A stretch of DNA of 64,000 nt from Sodaliphilus sp. Lineage in GTDB: Bacteria > Bacillota > Clostridia > Lachnospirales > Anaerotignaceae. The stretch is from contig CAVHYX010000014.1 of NCBI GenBank assembly GCA_963640305.1, positions 6,906-70,905 of the forward strand. The letters run 5' to 3'. Position numbers and translations under genes: made by a program. Position 1 is the first letter of the stretch; every line of letters starts with the position of its first letter. The notes below the pieces were generated by a model. It searched no databases and had not been told where the DNA came from. It worked only from the letters and a program-made list of their open reading frames with translations. Of the stretch, positions 28,572 to 40,461 are shown piece by piece.

Positions 28572-30656
28572 TTACTTTCTGCCCTCCAGCACCTTCTCCT
28601 GAACGGATTTCGGGCAGGGCTCGTAGTGGTCAACCTCCATAACATAGTTGCCGCGCCCCTGTGTTCTGGAACGCAAATCCGTGGAATAACCAAACATCTC
28701 AGCCAGAGGAACGAAGGAATGGATTACCTGTGCATTGCTTCTTGCCTCCATACCCTCAATGCGTCCACGTCTGGAATTGATGTCACCGATAACATCGCCC
28801 ATATAATCCTCAGGCACTGTTACCGTTACCTTCATGATGGGCTCAAGCAATACAGCATCGCCCTTTCTCATCGCTTCCTTGAACGCCATGGAGCCCGCAA
28901 TCTGGTAAGCAGACTCGGAGGAGTCAACGTCGTGGTAGGAGCCGTCGTAAACCTCAGCCTTAACGCCCAGTACGGGGTAGCCGCCCAGAATACCGCTCTG
29001 CATTGCCTGCTGAATACCTTTGTCAATCGCGGGAATGTATTCCTTGGGGATAGAACCGCCGACTGTCGCATTGACAAATTCGTAGTTGTTTTCCGCATCC
29101 GTAGGAATCGGATAGAAGCGTACCTTACAGTGACCGTATTGACCGCGACCGCCGGACTGACGAACAAATTTCCCTTCCACGTCAACCGCCTTGCGGAAGG
29201 TTTCCTTGTATGCAACCTGAGGTGCGCCGACATTCGCCTCAACCTTGAATTCTCTCAGAAGACGATCAACGATGATTTCCAGATGCAGCTCACCCATACC
29301 GGAGATAATGGTGTCGCCTGTCTCCTGGTCGGTGTATGTCTTAAAGGTGGGGTCTTCCTCTGCCAGCTTGGAGAGTGCAATGCCCATCTTGTCTCTGCCT
29401 GCCTTGGTCTTAGGCTCGATTGCAACGGAGATAACGGGCTCGGGGAATACCATGGATTCCAGAATAACCTCGTGATCCTCGTTACAGATGGTATCACCTG
29501 TGGTAGAAATCTTGAAGCCTACTGCTGCCGCAATATCGCCCGCATAAACCTTGTCGATTTCCTCTCTGTGGTTTGCGTGCATCTGCAAAATACGGCCAAC
29601 GCGCTCCTTCTTGCCGCCCTTTGTGGAGTTGTAAACATACGTGCCGGAATCCAACGTACCGGAGTACACGCGGAAGAACGCCAGCTTCCCGACAAAGGGG
29701 TCGTTCATTACCTTAAATACCAGTGCGGAAAAGGGCTCCTCGTCAGAAGCATGTCTCTCGATCTGCTCGCCCGTTGCAGGGTCAATGCCCTTGATTGCGG
29801 GAATGTCCGTAGGTGCGGGCATATAGTCAACAACGCCGTCCAAAAGCTTCTGCACGCCCTTGTTTCTGTAAGCGGAGCCACACATAACAGGCATCAGCTC
29901 GCAGGCAATACAAGCCTTACGCAGCGCAGCCTTCAACTCGTCCTCGCTGATTTCCTCCTCTGCGAAGAATTTCTCCATCAGCGCCTCGTCTGTTTCGGCA
30001 ATCGCCTCAATCATAATCTGTCTGTATTCCTCCGCCTGCTCCTGATATTCGGCGGGGATGTCTTCCTCGTCTACCTCTGTACCGGTTGCGTTTTCATAGT
30101 AGTAGGCCTTCATCTTCATCAGGTCGATGATGCCCTTGAAATCGCTCTCCGCACCAATGGGTAGTGTCAGTGCCACGGGGTGGCAGCCCAGTCTGTCCAC
30201 GATGGACTTCATGGAACCGAAGAAATCTGCACCCATAATATCCATTTTGTTGACGAAAATCATACGGGGTACATTATAGTTGTCGGCTTGTCTCCAAACC
30301 GTCTCTGTCTGAGGCTCAACGCCGCCCTTTGCGTCCAATACGCAGACAGCGCCGTCCAATACACGCAAAGAACGTTCTACCTCAACCGTGAAGTCAACGT
30401 GTCCCGGTGTATCGATGATGTTGATTCTGTTATCATTCCAATGACAGGTTGTGGCAGCGGATGTGATTGTGATGCCTCTTTCCTGCTCCTGCTCCATCCA
30501 GTCCATCGTCGCCGTACCTTCGTGCGTATCGCCGATTTTGTAGTTACGGCCTGTATAGAACAGAATTCGTTCCGTCAGAGTTGTCTTGCCGGCATCGATG
30601 TGCGCCATAATACCAATATTTCTGGTTCTTTCCAGAGGGTATTCTCTGTTTGCCAC
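28572..30656 (-). CDS. fusA: Elongation factor G
   Basis: EF-G sequence ([14 protein letters not shown]...). GTG start with AAGGAGG 8 nt upstream. Confidence 0.98.
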   Translation of the reverse strand: MANREYPLERTRNIGIMAHIDAGKTTLTERILFYTGRNYKIGDTHEGTATMDWMEQEQERGITITSAATTCHWNDNRINIIDTPGHVDFTVEVERSLRVLDGAVCVLDAKGGVEPQTETVWRQADNYNVPRMIFVNKMDIMGADFFGSMKSIVDRLGCHPVALTLPIGAESDFKGIIDLMKMKAYYYENATGTEVDEEDIPAEYQEQAEEYRQIMIEAIAETDEALMEKFFAEEEISEDELKAALRKACIACELMPVMCGSAYRNKGVQKLLDGVVDYMPAPTDIPAIKGIDPATGEQIERHASDEEPFSALVFKVMNDPFVGKLAFFRVYSGTLDSGTYVYNSTKGGKKERVGRILQMHANHREEIDKVYAGDIAAAVGFKISTTGDTICNEDHEVILESMVFPEPVISVAIEPKTKAGRDKMGIALSKLAEEDPTFKTYTDQETGDTIISGMGELHLEIIVDRLLREFKVEANVGAPQVAYKETFRKAVDVEGKFVRQSGGRGQYGHCKVRFYPIPTDAENNYEFVNATVGGSIPKEYIPAIDKGIQQAMQSGILGGYPVLGVKAEVYDGSYHDVDSSESAYQIAGSMAFKEAMRKGDAVLLEPIMKVTVTVPEDYMGDVIGDINSRRGRIEGMEARSNAQVIHSFVPLAEMFGYSTDLRSRTQGRGNYVMEVDHYEPCPKSVQEKVLEGRK

Positions 30657-30788
30657 TGCGAAATCCTCCTTTTTATCATCCTAATCGGTTCGCGGAAGAG
30701 CTTCCATCCTCCCCCGCTCCCCGATTTCCATTCGTTTTTCTCTAAAAACCGCCGCAGCGGTTTCTCAGGCGTATCCCAAGCTGTGGGA

Positions 30789-31259
30789 TTACCATTTGAA
30801 GTGGGAGAAAGCCTTGTTTGCTTCTGCCATCTTGTGCATTTCGTCTTTTCTCTTGCAAGCGCCGCCCGCATTGTTCAGCGCATCCAGAATCTCCCCTGCC
30901 AGACGGTCAACCATGGTTTTCTCGCCGCGCTTTCTGGAATACAGTGTAATCCATCTCAATCCCAGCGTCTGCCTTCTCTCCGGTCTGATCTCCATGGGAA
31001 CCTGGTAGGTCGCACCGCCGACACGGCGTGCCTTAACCTCCAGCACAGGCATGATGTTTGCCAGAGCCTCTTCAAAAACCTCCAGAGCGTTCTTGCCTGT
31101 CTTTTCTGCTACTTTGTCGAATGCACCGTAAACGATCTTTTCCGCTACACCCTTTTTACCGTCCAGCATAATGCTGTTGATGAGCTTTGTTACAAGCTTG
31201 CTGTTGTAAATAGGATCGGCCAAGACCTCTCTTTTTGCTACATGTCCTTTTCTAGGCAC
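30789..31259 (-). CDS. rpsG: 30S ribosomal protein S7
   Basis: Full-length S7 ([12 protein letters not shown]...). GTG start with GGAGGG upstream. Confidence 0.97.
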   Translation of the reverse strand: MPRKGHVAKREVLADPIYNSKLVTKLINSIMLDGKKGVAEKIVYGAFDKVAEKTGKNALEVFEEALANIMPVLEVKARRVGGATYQVPMEIRPERRQTLGLRWITLYSRKRGEKTMVDRLAGEILDALNNAGGACKRKDEMHKMAEANKAFSHFKW

Positions 31260-31329
31260 GATTCTTCCCTCCTTGATGAATAAATACTATTCTCGGTACT
31301 TCACGGAGCGCTTTCCTCCGTGTTTTCAT
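31252..31329 (-). CDS. Candidate 25-codon upstream ORF overlapping the rpsG start ([25 protein letters not shown])
   Basis: GAAGGAGG lies 7 nt before the ATG at 31329. The stop TAG at 31254-31252 overlaps the rpsG GTG. The ORF contains the 7-bp hairpin CACGGAG/CTCCGTG. Confidence 0.25.
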   Translation of the reverse strand: MKTRRKALREVPRIVFIHQGGKNRA

Positions 31330-31428
31330 GCCTTATCCTCCTTCAATGTATCTCTCGTCTAAGCAATCGCAGATTGTATTGATTGATATAAGGCATTTCC
31401 ATTGATTCGATTTGTCTTCGCTTGAAGC

Positions 31429-31854
31429 TTACTTCTTGGCAGCGGCCTTAGGACGCTTTGCGCCGTATTTGGAACGCGCCTGCATTCTGTTTGCAACGCC
31501 TGCCGTATCCAGTGTGCCTCTGACAATGTGATAACGCACACCGGGCAGATCCTTTACTCTGCCGCCTCTGATGAGAACAACGGAGTGCTCCTGCAAATTG
31601 TGTCCCTCGCCGGGGATATAAGCCGTAACCTCGATGCCGTTAGAAAGACGAACTCTGGCAATTTTTCTCAGCGCAGAGTTAGGCTTCTTCGGTGTAGAAG
31701 TTTTTACCGCTGTGCAAACGCCTCTCTTCTGCGGAGAGGATACATCCGTTGCTTTTTTCTGCAAAGAGTTCAAACCTTTCTGCAGTGCGGGTGCTGTAGA
31801 TTTTTTCTCAACAGTTTTTCTGCCCTTTCTCACTAATTGGTTAAATGTAGGCAT
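31429..31854 (-). CDS. rpsL: 30S ribosomal protein S12
   Basis: [13 protein letters not shown]... Start at 31854 with GGAGG upstream. Confidence 0.97.
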   Translation of the reverse strand: MPTFNQLVRKGRKTVEKKSTAPALQKGLNSLQKKATDVSSPQKRGVCTAVKTSTPKKPNSALRKIARVRLSNGIEVTAYIPGEGHNLQEHSVVLIRGGRVKDLPGVRYHIVRGTLDTAGVANRMQARSKYGAKRPKAAAKK

Positions 31855-31962
31855 TAACTGCACCTCCTTATAAAATAATACATCTGCAAATCGCATTTTT
31901 TCTGATTTTGTCCCCGTTTACAGGGCTCGCTTAGAAAAGCCCGCAAAATCGGACACTAAAAA

Positions 31963-31991
31963 ATTTTATCATCGCCATCCCCAAAAGTCAA
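31963..31991 (-). promoter_or_regulatory. Sigma-A promoter of rpsL-rpsG-fusA
   Basis: Minus strand reads TTGACT-17 nt-TAAAAT with a TGn extended -10. Confidence 0.75.
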
Positions 31992-32029
31992 GGACTTTTC
32001 CGTCAAAACCCCAACTTTTTCCCTACTCG

Positions 32030-32064
32030 AAAAAAGCAGGGAAGGATATATCCTTTTCCTCCCC
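32030..32064 (-). terminator. Intrinsic terminator after rpoC
   Basis: Hairpin centred on AAGGAT/ATCCTT and closed by GGG/CCC, followed by TGCTTTTTT. Confidence 0.6.
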
Positions 32065-32077
32065 CGCTTTCGTCTTC

Positions 32078-35000
32078 TTAAATCATTTTGTCCTCATCCA
32101 TGTAGACCATTTCCTCCGCAGGTGCATCCTGAAGCTTCTGCATCTCGCGCATTTCACGCATCTCGCGAATCTCTTGCATCTCACGCAGTCTTTCGTCTGC
32201 CTCCTCCTCGTTGCCGGAAATAATCTCGACATTTCTGTATCTCGTCATTCCCGTACCTGCCGGAATCAGCTTGCCAATGATAACGTTCTCCTTCAACCCG
32301 ATCAGCGGGTCGATTTTGCCCTTGATGGCAGCCTCCGTCAAAACGCGGGTCGTCTCCTGGAAGGATGCCGCAGACAGGAAGGAATCCGTTGCCAGAGAGG
32401 CCTTCGTGATACCCAAAAGCACGCGGGTGCCCTTCGCGGGCTCCTTGCCATCTGCCTCCAAAGCGGCATTGGTGTTCTCAAAGGTCAGCCAGTCAACCAG
32501 CGAGCCGGGCAAAAATTCCGTATCGCCGTTCTCTTCGATTTTCACGCGCTTCAGCATCTGCCGCACGATTACCTCAATGTGCTTGTCGCTGATTTCTACA
32601 CCCTGCAAGCGGTAAACGCGCTGTACCTCCTGAATCATATAATCCTGTACGCCGCGCAGCCCCTTGATTTTCAGAATATCGTGCGGGTTCACGCTACCCT
32701 CTGTGATTTCGTCACCCGCTTCAATGACATCCCCGTCATACACCTTCAGTCTGGAGCCGTAGGGAATGAGATAATCCTTCGTTTCTCCCGTCTCGGGATT
32801 CGTGATGATAACCTCGCGCTTCTTCTTCGTATCATTCAGCGTCACATTCCCGCCAAACTCCGCGATAATCGCCAGCCCCTTGGGCTTTCTTGCCTCAAAC
32901 AGCTCTTCAACACGGGGAAGACCCTGTGTAATATCGTTGCCGGCGATACCGCCCGTATGGAAGGTACGCATGGTCAGCTGTGTACCGGGCTCGCCGATGG
33001 ACTGTGCCGCAATAATGCCGACCGATTCCCCGATACGCACATATCTGCCGGACGCCATGTTCGCGCCGTAGCATTTCGCGCAGATACCCACCTCAGCGCG
33101 GCAGGTCAGAACCGTCCGGATCCAAACCTTCTTAATACCCGCCTTTTCCACAGCCTCAGCCTGATCCGGCGTAATCATGGTATCTCCCGGCACAATAATT
33201 TCGCCCGTTTCGGGGTGAATAATATCATAAGCGGACCATCTCCCGCGGATACGATCCTGCAAACCCTCGATAACCTCGTTGCCGTCCATGAATGCGGAAA
33301 TTTCCATGCAGGGCGTCTCGATATCTCTGCCCTCGCAACAATCCCACTCTCTGACAATAATATCCTGCGAAACATCAACCAGTCTACGCGTCAGATAACC
33401 GGAGTCGGCTGTCTTCAGCGCCGTATCGGTCAGGCCCTTCCGCGCGCCGTGTGCGGAAATGAAGTATTCCAGTACGGACAGCCCCTCACGGAAGTTTGCC
33501 TTAATGGGCAGCTCGATGATACCGCCGTTCGGCGAAGCCATCAAGCCACGCATCCCCGCAAGCTGCTTAATCTGTCTGTTGGAGCCACGGGCACCGGAGT
33601 TTGCCATCATATAGATGTTGTTATATTTCCCCAGTCCGGAAAGCAGTGCCGCCGTAATCTTATCATCGGCAATGTTCCATGCCTCGATTACCTTCTGGTG
33701 GCGCTCCTCGTCCGTCATCAATCCTCGTCTGAATTTCCTTGTAATCAAATCCACCTTCGTTTCCGCTTCCTCCAGATATTCCGCCTTTTCCTTCGGAATC
33801 TCCATGTCGGATACGGATACGGTCATTGCCGCTCTCGTCGAGTAGCGATACCCCAGGGATTTGATTTTATCCAGCACAGCCGCCGTTTCCGTTGCACCGC
33901 AGCGGTTGATGCACTTGTTGATTACCTTACCGATTGCCTTCTTATCTACAAGGAAGCTGATCTCGTAATCGAACTTTGTCTCCTCGTTTGTTCTGTCCAC
34001 ATATCCCAAATCCTGCGGGATTGCTTCATTAAAGATAATGCGTCCGACTGTCGTCTGTACCATCCTCGTTTCCGGTACACCGTCAAACTCCAGCGTTCTT
34101 CTCACGCGGATGATTTCCTGTAGGCTTACCTCGCCGTTGTCGTAGGCAAGCATTGCTTCCTTCTCATCCTTAAAGGCGCGAATAATCAAATCGCCCGCTT
34201 TTCTGATGACATTGCCTTCCGCATCCAAAACATCCTCTGTGTATTTCTGATTCAGATCTTCTCTTTCCAGCGTCAGATAATACATACCCAAAATCATATC
34301 CTGAGAGGGTACGGTAACGGGTGCGCCGTCGGAGGGCTTCAAAAGGTTGTTGGGAGAAAGCAGCAGGAATCTGCATTCTGCCTGCGCCTCCATGCTCAGC
34401 GGTACGTGTACCGCCATCTGGTCGCCATCGAAATCCGCGTTAAATGCCGTACATACCAGAGGGTGCAGCTTAATTGCACGCCCCTCGACCAGTACAGGCT
34501 CAAATGCCTGAATCCCCAGTCTGTGCAGTGTCGGCGCACGGTTCAGCATAACGGGATGCTCGCGGATAACCTCCTCCAGAATATCCCAAACCTCCGTTTG
34601 CAATCTTTCCACCATTCTCTTTGCGGATTTGATATTGTGCGCCAAGCCGTCCTCTACCAGCTTCTTCATGACAAAGGGCTTAAACAGCTCGATTGCCATT
34701 TCCTTCGGCAAACCGCACTGATAGATTTTCAGCTCGGGGCCTACCACGATAACGGAACGACCGGAGTAGTCCACACGCTTACCCAGAAGGTTCTGACGGA
34801 AACGCCCCTGCTTGCCCTTCAGCATATCGGAAAGTGATTTCAAGGCACGGTTGCCCGGGCCGGTAACCGGTCTGCCGCGTCTGCCGTTATCAATCAGCGC
34901 GTCCACTGCCTCCTGCAACATTCTCTTTTCGTTTCGCACAATAATATCCGGTGCGCCCAGCTCCAAAAGCCGTTTCAGACGGTTGTTTCTGTTGATAACC

Positions 35001-35794
35001 CTTCTGTACAGGTCATTCAAATCGCTCGTCGCAAAGCGTCCGCCGTCCAGCTGCACCATAGGACGAATTTCCGGCGGAATAACCGGAATCGCATCCAAAA
35101 TCATCCACTCCGGCTTGTTCCCGGAAAGACGGAAGCTTTCGACAACCTCCAGCTTCTTAATGATACGCACACGCTTCTGCCCCGTTGTATCCTGTAGCTG
35201 CTCCTTGAGCTCCGCCGATTCCTTCTCCAAATCAATATCCTGCAAAAGCCTCTTGATTGCCTCCGCACCCATTGCCGCCTCAAAGGCATTGCCGTATTTA
35301 TCGTATGCCTCGCGGTATTCTCTTTCCGTCAAAAGCTGCTTGTATTGCAGCTCCGTATCCCCCGCATCCAGCACAACATAGGATGCAAAGTAAAGCACCT
35401 TCTCCAGCGCTCTGGGGCTCATGGAAAGAATCAGACCCATTCTGGAGGGAATCCCCTTGAAATACCAGATATGGGAAACGGGAGCGGCAAGCTCAATATG
35501 CCCCATTCTCTCGCGCCGTACCTTCGCCTTCGTTACCTCAACGCCGCAACGGTCACAGACAACGCCCTTATAGCGAATTCTCTTATATTTGCCGCAATGG
35601 CATTCCCAGTCCTTCGTAGGCCCGAAAATCCTTTCGCAGAACAAGCCGTCCTTCTCCGGCTTCAGCGTCCTGTAATTGATGGTTTCCGGTTTTTTTACCT
35701 CGCCTCTGGACCATTCATGGATTTTCTCGGGAGAGGCCAAACCAATCTTAATGGAATCAAACACGATTCCCTGCTCTGTATTCTGTGTATTCAT
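32078..35794 (-). CDS. rpoC: DNA-directed RNA polymerase subunit beta'
   Basis: 1238 aa with the NADFDGD catalytic motif and zinc-binding Cys clusters. Confidence 0.98.
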   Translation of the reverse strand: MNTQNTEQGIVFDSIKIGLASPEKIHEWSRGEVKKPETINYRTLKPEKDGLFCERIFGPTKDWECHCGKYKRIRYKGVVCDRCGVEVTKAKVRRERMGHIELAAPVSHIWYFKGIPSRMGLILSMSPRALEKVLYFASYVVLDAGDTELQYKQLLTEREYREAYDKYGNAFEAAMGAEAIKRLLQDIDLEKESAELKEQLQDTTGQKRVRIIKKLEVVESFRLSGNKPEWMILDAIPVIPPEIRPMVQLDGGRFATSDLNDLYRRVINRNNRLKRLLELGAPDIIVRNEKRMLQEAVDALIDNGRRGRPVTGPGNRALKSLSDMLKGKQGRFRQNLLGKRVDYSGRSVIVVGPELKIYQCGLPKEMAIELFKPFVMKKLVEDGLAHNIKSAKRMVERLQTEVWDILEEVIREHPVMLNRAPTLHRLGIQAFEPVLVEGRAIKLHPLVCTAFNADFDGDQMAVHVPLSMEAQAECRFLLLSPNNLLKPSDGAPVTVPSQDMILGMYYLTLEREDLNQKYTEDVLDAEGNVIRKAGDLIIRAFKDEKEAMLAYDNGEVSLQEIIRVRRTLEFDGVPETRMVQTTVGRIIFNEAIPQDLGYVDRTNEETKFDYEISFLVDKKAIGKVINKCINRCGATETAAVLDKIKSLGYRYSTRAAMTVSVSDMEIPKEKAEYLEEAETKVDLITRKFRRGLMTDEERHQKVIEAWNIADDKITAALLSGLGKYNNIYMMANSGARGSNRQIKQLAGMRGLMASPNGGIIELPIKANFREGLSVLEYFISAHGARKGLTDTALKTADSGYLTRRLVDVSQDIIVREWDCCEGRDIETPCMEISAFMDGNEVIEGLQDRIRGRWSAYDIIHPETGEIIVPGDTMITPDQAEAVEKAGIKKVWIRTVLTCRAEVGICAKCYGANMASGRYVRIGESVGIIAAQSIGEPGTQLTMRTFHTGGIAGNDITQGLPRVEELFEARKPKGLAIIAEFGGNVTLNDTKKKREVIITNPETGETKDYLIPYGSRLKVYDGDVIEAGDEITEGSVNPHDILKIKGLRGVQDYMIQEVQRVYRLQGVEISDKHIEVIVRQMLKRVKIEENGDTEFLPGSLVDWLTFENTNAALEADGKEPAKGTRVLLGITKASLATDSFLSAASFQETTRVLTEAAIKGKIDPLIGLKENVIIGKLIPAGTGMTRYRNVEIISGNEEEADERLREMQEIREMREMREMQKLQDAPAEEMVYMDEDKMI
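32131..32175 (-). repeat. Five tandem 9-nt units encoding (R-E-M/Q-E-I) repeats in the RpoC C-terminal tail
   Basis: Plus strand reads catctcgcg / catttcacg / catctcgcg / aatctcttg / catctcacg. Confidence 0.8.
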
Positions 35795-35812
35795 CGGGTT
35801 TGTTCTCCTTTC

Positions 35813-38800
35813 TTATTCTTCATCCTCGTAATCGAAATCGTCCTCATCGGAATAGTCATCAACATAATCGTCGGAAAGCAAATCGCTGTTGTCCGCCTCC
35901 ACGCCAACCTCATCGTCAAAGAGGAATTCCCGCATCAGCTCCTCCTCCGGTGTCTCGGGGGCAGAGCGACGGTATTCGTCCTGCTCCAAGCCGTCAATGT
36001 TGACATTCAAGTCATCCACATCCTCGATGCACTCCTTAATCTCAACCTCCGTCTGATCCTCACGCAGCACGCGAATATCCAAAGCAAGAGATTGCAGCTC
36101 CTTCAGCAGCACCTTAAAGGATTCGGGAACGCCGGGCTCGGGGATATTCTCGCCCTTTACAATTGCCTCGTATGTCTTGACACGACCGACAATATCGTCG
36201 GATTTTACCGTCAGAATTTCCTGCAAGGTATAAGCCGCACCGTATGCCTCGAGCGCCCAAACCTCCATCTCGCCGAAGCGCTGTCCGCCAAACTGCGCCT
36301 TGCCACCCAAAGGCTGCTGTGTCACCAGAGAGTACGGACCCGTAGAACGTGCGTGTATCTTTTCGTCTACCAGATGGTGCAGCTTCAAGTAGTGCATGAA
36401 GCCAATCGTAACACGGTTGTCGAAGGGCTCGCCGCTCCGTCCGTCGCGCAGCTGTACCTTGCCATCGCGTCCCAGCGCAACGCCCTTCCATTCTTCTCTG
36501 TGATCTCTGTTTGCATACAGCTCATCATAAATATCGCCGTTCAAAAGAGGCTTCCATTTCTCGGAAAATTCCTCCCAGCTTGTGTTGACATAATCATTCG
36601 CCATCTCCAGCGTATCCATAATGTCAATCTCGTTTGCCCCGTCAAATACGGGGGTACTGATTTTCCAGCCCAGTGCCTTTGCCGCTAAGGAAAGGTGCGT
36701 CTCCAGTACCTGCCCGATGTTCATACGGGAAGGAATCCCCAGAGGGTTCAGCACAATATCCAGCGGACGCCCGTTCGGCAGGAAGGGCATATCCTCCACA
36801 GGCAGTACGCGGGAAACAACGCCCTTGTTCCCGTGACGTCCCGCCATCTTATCCCCAACAGAGATTTTACGCTTCTGTGCGATATAAACGCGCACCAGCT
36901 GATTTACGCCGGGGCCGACATCGTCGCCGTTCTCTCTCGTAAATACCTTGACGTCCACAATGATACCCGTTTCGCCGTGTGGCACGCGCAGGGAGGTGTC
37001 TCTGACCTCTCTTGCCTTTTCGCCGAAAATGGCGCGCAGCAGTCTTTCCTCCGCGGTCAGCTCCGTTTCGCCCTTCGGTGTCACCTTTCCAACCAGAATA
37101 TCGTTGGGGCGTACCTCCGCACCGATGCGAATGATGCCTCTTTCGTCCAAATCGCGAAGCGCATCCTCGCCCACGTTGGGAATATCTCTTGTAATTTCCT
37201 CAGGCCCCAGCTTCGTATCCCTTGCATCCGCCTCAAATTCGCTGATATGCACGGAGGTATAAACATCCTCCTGTACCAGCTTTTCGCTCAAAAGAACCGC
37301 ATCCTCGTAGTTGTAGCCCTCCCAGGTCATAAAGCCAATCAGCGGGTTTTTGCCCAGCGCCAGCTCGCCCTTGCAGGTGGATGCGCCGTCCGCAATAATC
37401 TGATCTGCCTCCACTCTCTGCCCCAGGTCAACAATGGGCTTCTGATTCAGACAGGTGCTTTGATTGGAGCGCTGATATTTTATCAGTTTATATACATCTC
37501 TTTCGGCATCATCGTTTCTGATAACGATTTCATTCGCCGAAACCCTCTCCACAACGCCCGGCTTTTTTGCGATTACGCAAATACCGGAGTCCTTCGCAGT
37601 CTTATATTCCATACCCGTGCCGACCACAGGCGAATCCGTCACCAGAAGCGGCACCGCCTGTCTCTGCATATTCGAGCCCATCAGCGCACGGTTTGCGTCG
37701 TCGTTTTCCAGGAAGGGAATCAGCGCCGTCGCAACGGATACCATCTGCTTGGGCGAAACGTCCATCAGCTGTACCTGTGTTCTATCCACCTCAATGATTT
37801 CCTCCTTGTGACGCCCGGAAACCTTCTTGTGAATGAAGTGACCATCCTCGTCCAGAGGCTCATTCGCCTGTGCAACGTTATAAACCTCTTCCTCGTCCGC
37901 CGTCACATAGATGAATTCCTCCGTAACCACAGGCTCGTCACCGCTCTGGTCAACCTTTCTGTAGGGCGCTTCAATAAAGCCGTATTCATTGATACGCGCA
38001 AAGGTAGCCAGCGTGTTAATCAGTCCGATGTTCGGACCCTCGGGCGTCTCGATGGGACACATTCTGCCATAATGGGAATGGTGAACGTCGCGCACCTCGA
38101 AGCCGGCTCTGTCTCTGGACAGACCGCCGGGACCCAGTGCGGAAAGTCTTCTCTTATGCGTCAGCTCCGAAAGCGGGTTATTCTGATCCATGAACTGCGA
38201 AAGCTGAGAGCTGCCGAAGAATTCCTTGATTGCCGCCGTAACCGGGCGCACGTTGATGAGCGCCTGCGGTGTCACAACGGTCAAATCCTGCGTCGTCATT
38301 CTCTCGCGCACCACTCTCTCCATTCTGGATAAGCCGATGCGGAACTGATTCTGCAAAAGCTCCCCAACCGAGCGAATACGTCTGTTCCCCAGATGGTCAA
38401 TATCGTCCACATTACCGCAGCCATAATCCAGATGAATCACATAGTTAATGGAAGCAAAAATATCCTCCGGCGTAATATGCTTCGGCAAAAGCGCATGGAT
38501 ATTCTCCTTAATTGCCGCTCGTAGCTCCTCCGCGGTTGCGTTTTCCTCCAAAAGCTTTGCCAGCATCGGGTAGTAAACTCTCTCCTTGAGCCCGAATTCC
38601 TCCGCCGTCAGTCCGAATTCCTCCAGATACCCGTCAATCCAAACCGTCCGGTTGCTCAAAATCTTAATCTTTTTCTCCTCCGGTGTGAGGATGTACAGCG
38701 CGTCCGCGCCGCTGTCCTGAATCCTGTCACAAAGCTCCATGGTCAGCGTTTCGCCCGCCTCCGCAACAACCTCACCCGTCATGGGGTCAACCACAGCCTC

Positions 38801-39682
38801 GCCCAAAATCGCGCCGCGTACACGGTTTCTGAGCGCCAGCTTTTTGTTGAATTTATAACGACCGACCTTAGCCAAGTCGTATCTCTTCGGGTCAAACAGC
38901 ATCCCATTCAAAAGAGAAGCGGAGCTTTCCACGGTGGGCGGCTCGCCGGGGCGCAGCTTTTTATAAATCTCAATCAAGCCCTCCTCGTAGGATTTTGCCA
39001 CATCCTTTTCCATGGTTGCCAAAATCTTCGGCTCCTCGCCAAACATCTCAATAATCTCCGCGTCGGTACCGATTCCCATCGCGCGAATCAAAACAGTAAC
39101 GGGAACCTTTCTCGTTCTGTCCACCCTCGCATAAAAAATGTCGTTGGAATCCGTTTCATATTCCAGCCATGCCCCTCTGTTGGGGATAACCGTAGAGGAA
39201 AGCAGCTTTTTGCCGACCTTATCGAATTCCGATGCGTAATAGATTCCGGGAGAACGCACCAGCTGGCTGACAATGACACGCTCTGCACCATTGATAATGA
39301 AGGTACCCGTCTCTGTCATCAGCGGAAAATCGCCCATGAAGATTTCCTGCTCCTTCAGCTCGTCAAGCTCTCTGTTGTAGAGTCTCGCCTTTACGCGCAG
39401 GGAAGCGGCATAGGTCGCGTCTCTTTCCCGACATTCCTCAATCGGGTACTTCGGCTCGGAATCCAAAGAGAAATCCGTAAACTCCAGTATCAGGTTGCCG
39501 CTAAAGTCCGTAATGGGAGAAATATCCTCAAAAACCTCCTTCAGCCCTTCATTCAAAAACCACTGATAGCTGTTCTTCTGCACCTCAATCAAATTCGGCA
39601 TCTCCAGAACCTCGTTGATTTTGGAATAACTGATTCTGGTTGTGTCGCCCATACGAAGCGCACGAATTCTGTTTTTTTCCAT
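35813..39682 (-). CDS. rpoB: DNA-directed RNA polymerase subunit beta
   Basis: 1289 aa with conserved RpoB blocks and an acidic C-terminal tail. Confidence 0.98.
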   Translation of the reverse strand: MEKNRIRALRMGDTTRISYSKINEVLEMPNLIEVQKNSYQWFLNEGLKEVFEDISPITDFSGNLILEFTDFSLDSEPKYPIEECRERDATYAASLRVKARLYNRELDELKEQEIFMGDFPLMTETGTFIINGAERVIVSQLVRSPGIYYASEFDKVGKKLLSSTVIPNRGAWLEYETDSNDIFYARVDRTRKVPVTVLIRAMGIGTDAEIIEMFGEEPKILATMEKDVAKSYEEGLIEIYKKLRPGEPPTVESSASLLNGMLFDPKRYDLAKVGRYKFNKKLALRNRVRGAILGEAVVDPMTGEVVAEAGETLTMELCDRIQDSGADALYILTPEEKKIKILSNRTVWIDGYLEEFGLTAEEFGLKERVYYPMLAKLLEENATAEELRAAIKENIHALLPKHITPEDIFASINYVIHLDYGCGNVDDIDHLGNRRIRSVGELLQNQFRIGLSRMERVVRERMTTQDLTVVTPQALINVRPVTAAIKEFFGSSQLSQFMDQNNPLSELTHKRRLSALGPGGLSRDRAGFEVRDVHHSHYGRMCPIETPEGPNIGLINTLATFARINEYGFIEAPYRKVDQSGDEPVVTEEFIYVTADEEEVYNVAQANEPLDEDGHFIHKKVSGRHKEEIIEVDRTQVQLMDVSPKQMVSVATALIPFLENDDANRALMGSNMQRQAVPLLVTDSPVVGTGMEYKTAKDSGICVIAKKPGVVERVSANEIVIRNDDAERDVYKLIKYQRSNQSTCLNQKPIVDLGQRVEADQIIADGASTCKGELALGKNPLIGFMTWEGYNYEDAVLLSEKLVQEDVYTSVHISEFEADARDTKLGPEEITRDIPNVGEDALRDLDERGIIRIGAEVRPNDILVGKVTPKGETELTAEERLLRAIFGEKAREVRDTSLRVPHGETGIIVDVKVFTRENGDDVGPGVNQLVRVYIAQKRKISVGDKMAGRHGNKGVVSRVLPVEDMPFLPNGRPLDIVLNPLGIPSRMNIGQVLETHLSLAAKALGWKISTPVFDGANEIDIMDTLEMANDYVNTSWEEFSEKWKPLLNGDIYDELYANRDHREEWKGVALGRDGKVQLRDGRSGEPFDNRVTIGFMHYLKLHHLVDEKIHARSTGPYSLVTQQPLGGKAQFGGQRFGEMEVWALEAYGAAYTLQEILTVKSDDIVGRVKTYEAIVKGENIPEPGVPESFKVLLKELQSLALDIRVLREDQTEVEIKECIEDVDDLNVNIDGLEQDEYRRSAPETPEEELMREFLFDDEVGVEADNSDLLSDDYVDDYSDEDDFDYEDEE

Positions 39683-40047
39683 CTTGTCACCTCTCGTAAT
39701 CTAAACTGCACCGACAAAAATCGCCGCCGTCAAGCGGAGCAAAGAGACACTCGCCTCCTTATTTCTATTTCTTTTTTCTGCCTATCCAACGACCCGTCCG
39801 CAAAGAATTTTCGCGCAAAAATTTAGAATTCCCTAAACAAATCTAGACCTTTGCCTGCCCTTCCTTTGATCAGAAGTCATGACAAAAGCCTGCCCATTTA
39901 GAAAATTCCATCTTTCCGCCAATCTTTTCTACTGCAAACCTTGCGCCAAGAGCGCGCCGTTTTATATGGTTTGAACAAAAAACACATCCCTCCCGGCAAT
40001 TTATAGGGTATTCCGCCCATAAAATCCGTCATTTCCAAAAATTTCTG

Positions 40048-40076
40048 TTGAAATTCTCCCTTCCCCATGCTATACT
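40048..40076 (+). promoter_or_regulatory. Plus-strand sigma-A promoter pointing toward queH, ~385 nt upstream of its ATG
   Basis: TTGAAA-17 nt-TATACT. Confidence 0.55.
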
Positions 40077-40120
40077 AAAGCAAAGCATGGGTTGATGTGC
40101 ATCTTTGCCAATGTGGAAAT

Positions 40121-40149
40121 ATTTTACCACTCGCGGCGTTGCCTGTCAA
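40121..40149 (-). promoter_or_regulatory. Sigma-A promoter of rpoBC
   Basis: Minus strand reads TTGACA-17 nt-TAAAAT with an A-tract upstream. It predicts a ~430-nt leader. Confidence 0.7.
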
Positions 40150-40461
40150 GCCTTTTTTTATGCCCTTTTCCCGCAAAACTCAGGCATCCGCCCGCGCAGG
40201 TGATTCTTCTTCCCCCTTTTCTCCGCGGCTCCGTTTCCGCAACCGCCTTGTCTCCGTTTTTTGTCGAAATTTCATTTTATCCAAAACGTCTCCCCTTTTT
40301 CCGCAAAATTTCATGATATATTTTTTTATCTTCCCCTCCCAAAAATCGTAATTTTGTTGATTATTTTTGTACTTTTTTCCATACAACCCAATCCCACTTT
40401 ACTCTCCTCCCCTTTCCTGCTAAACTAAACCATATAATTTTCAAAGAAAGAGGGCAATTTC

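Noticed and set aside
35813-36060. An ~80-aa acidic C-terminal tail on RpoB, and the (REM)n 9-nt repeat tail on RpoC (32131-32175).
   Set aside because: Variable low-complexity C-terminal extensions of the RNA polymerase subunits are common in Firmicutes. The repeat is recorded as a feature but is not considered biologically unusual.
40380-40461. Possible preQ1 riboswitch in front of queH (an A-rich CTAAACTAAACC tail).
   Set aside because: There is no convincing P1 hairpin or conserved preQ1-I/II core, only a vague A-rich resemblance.
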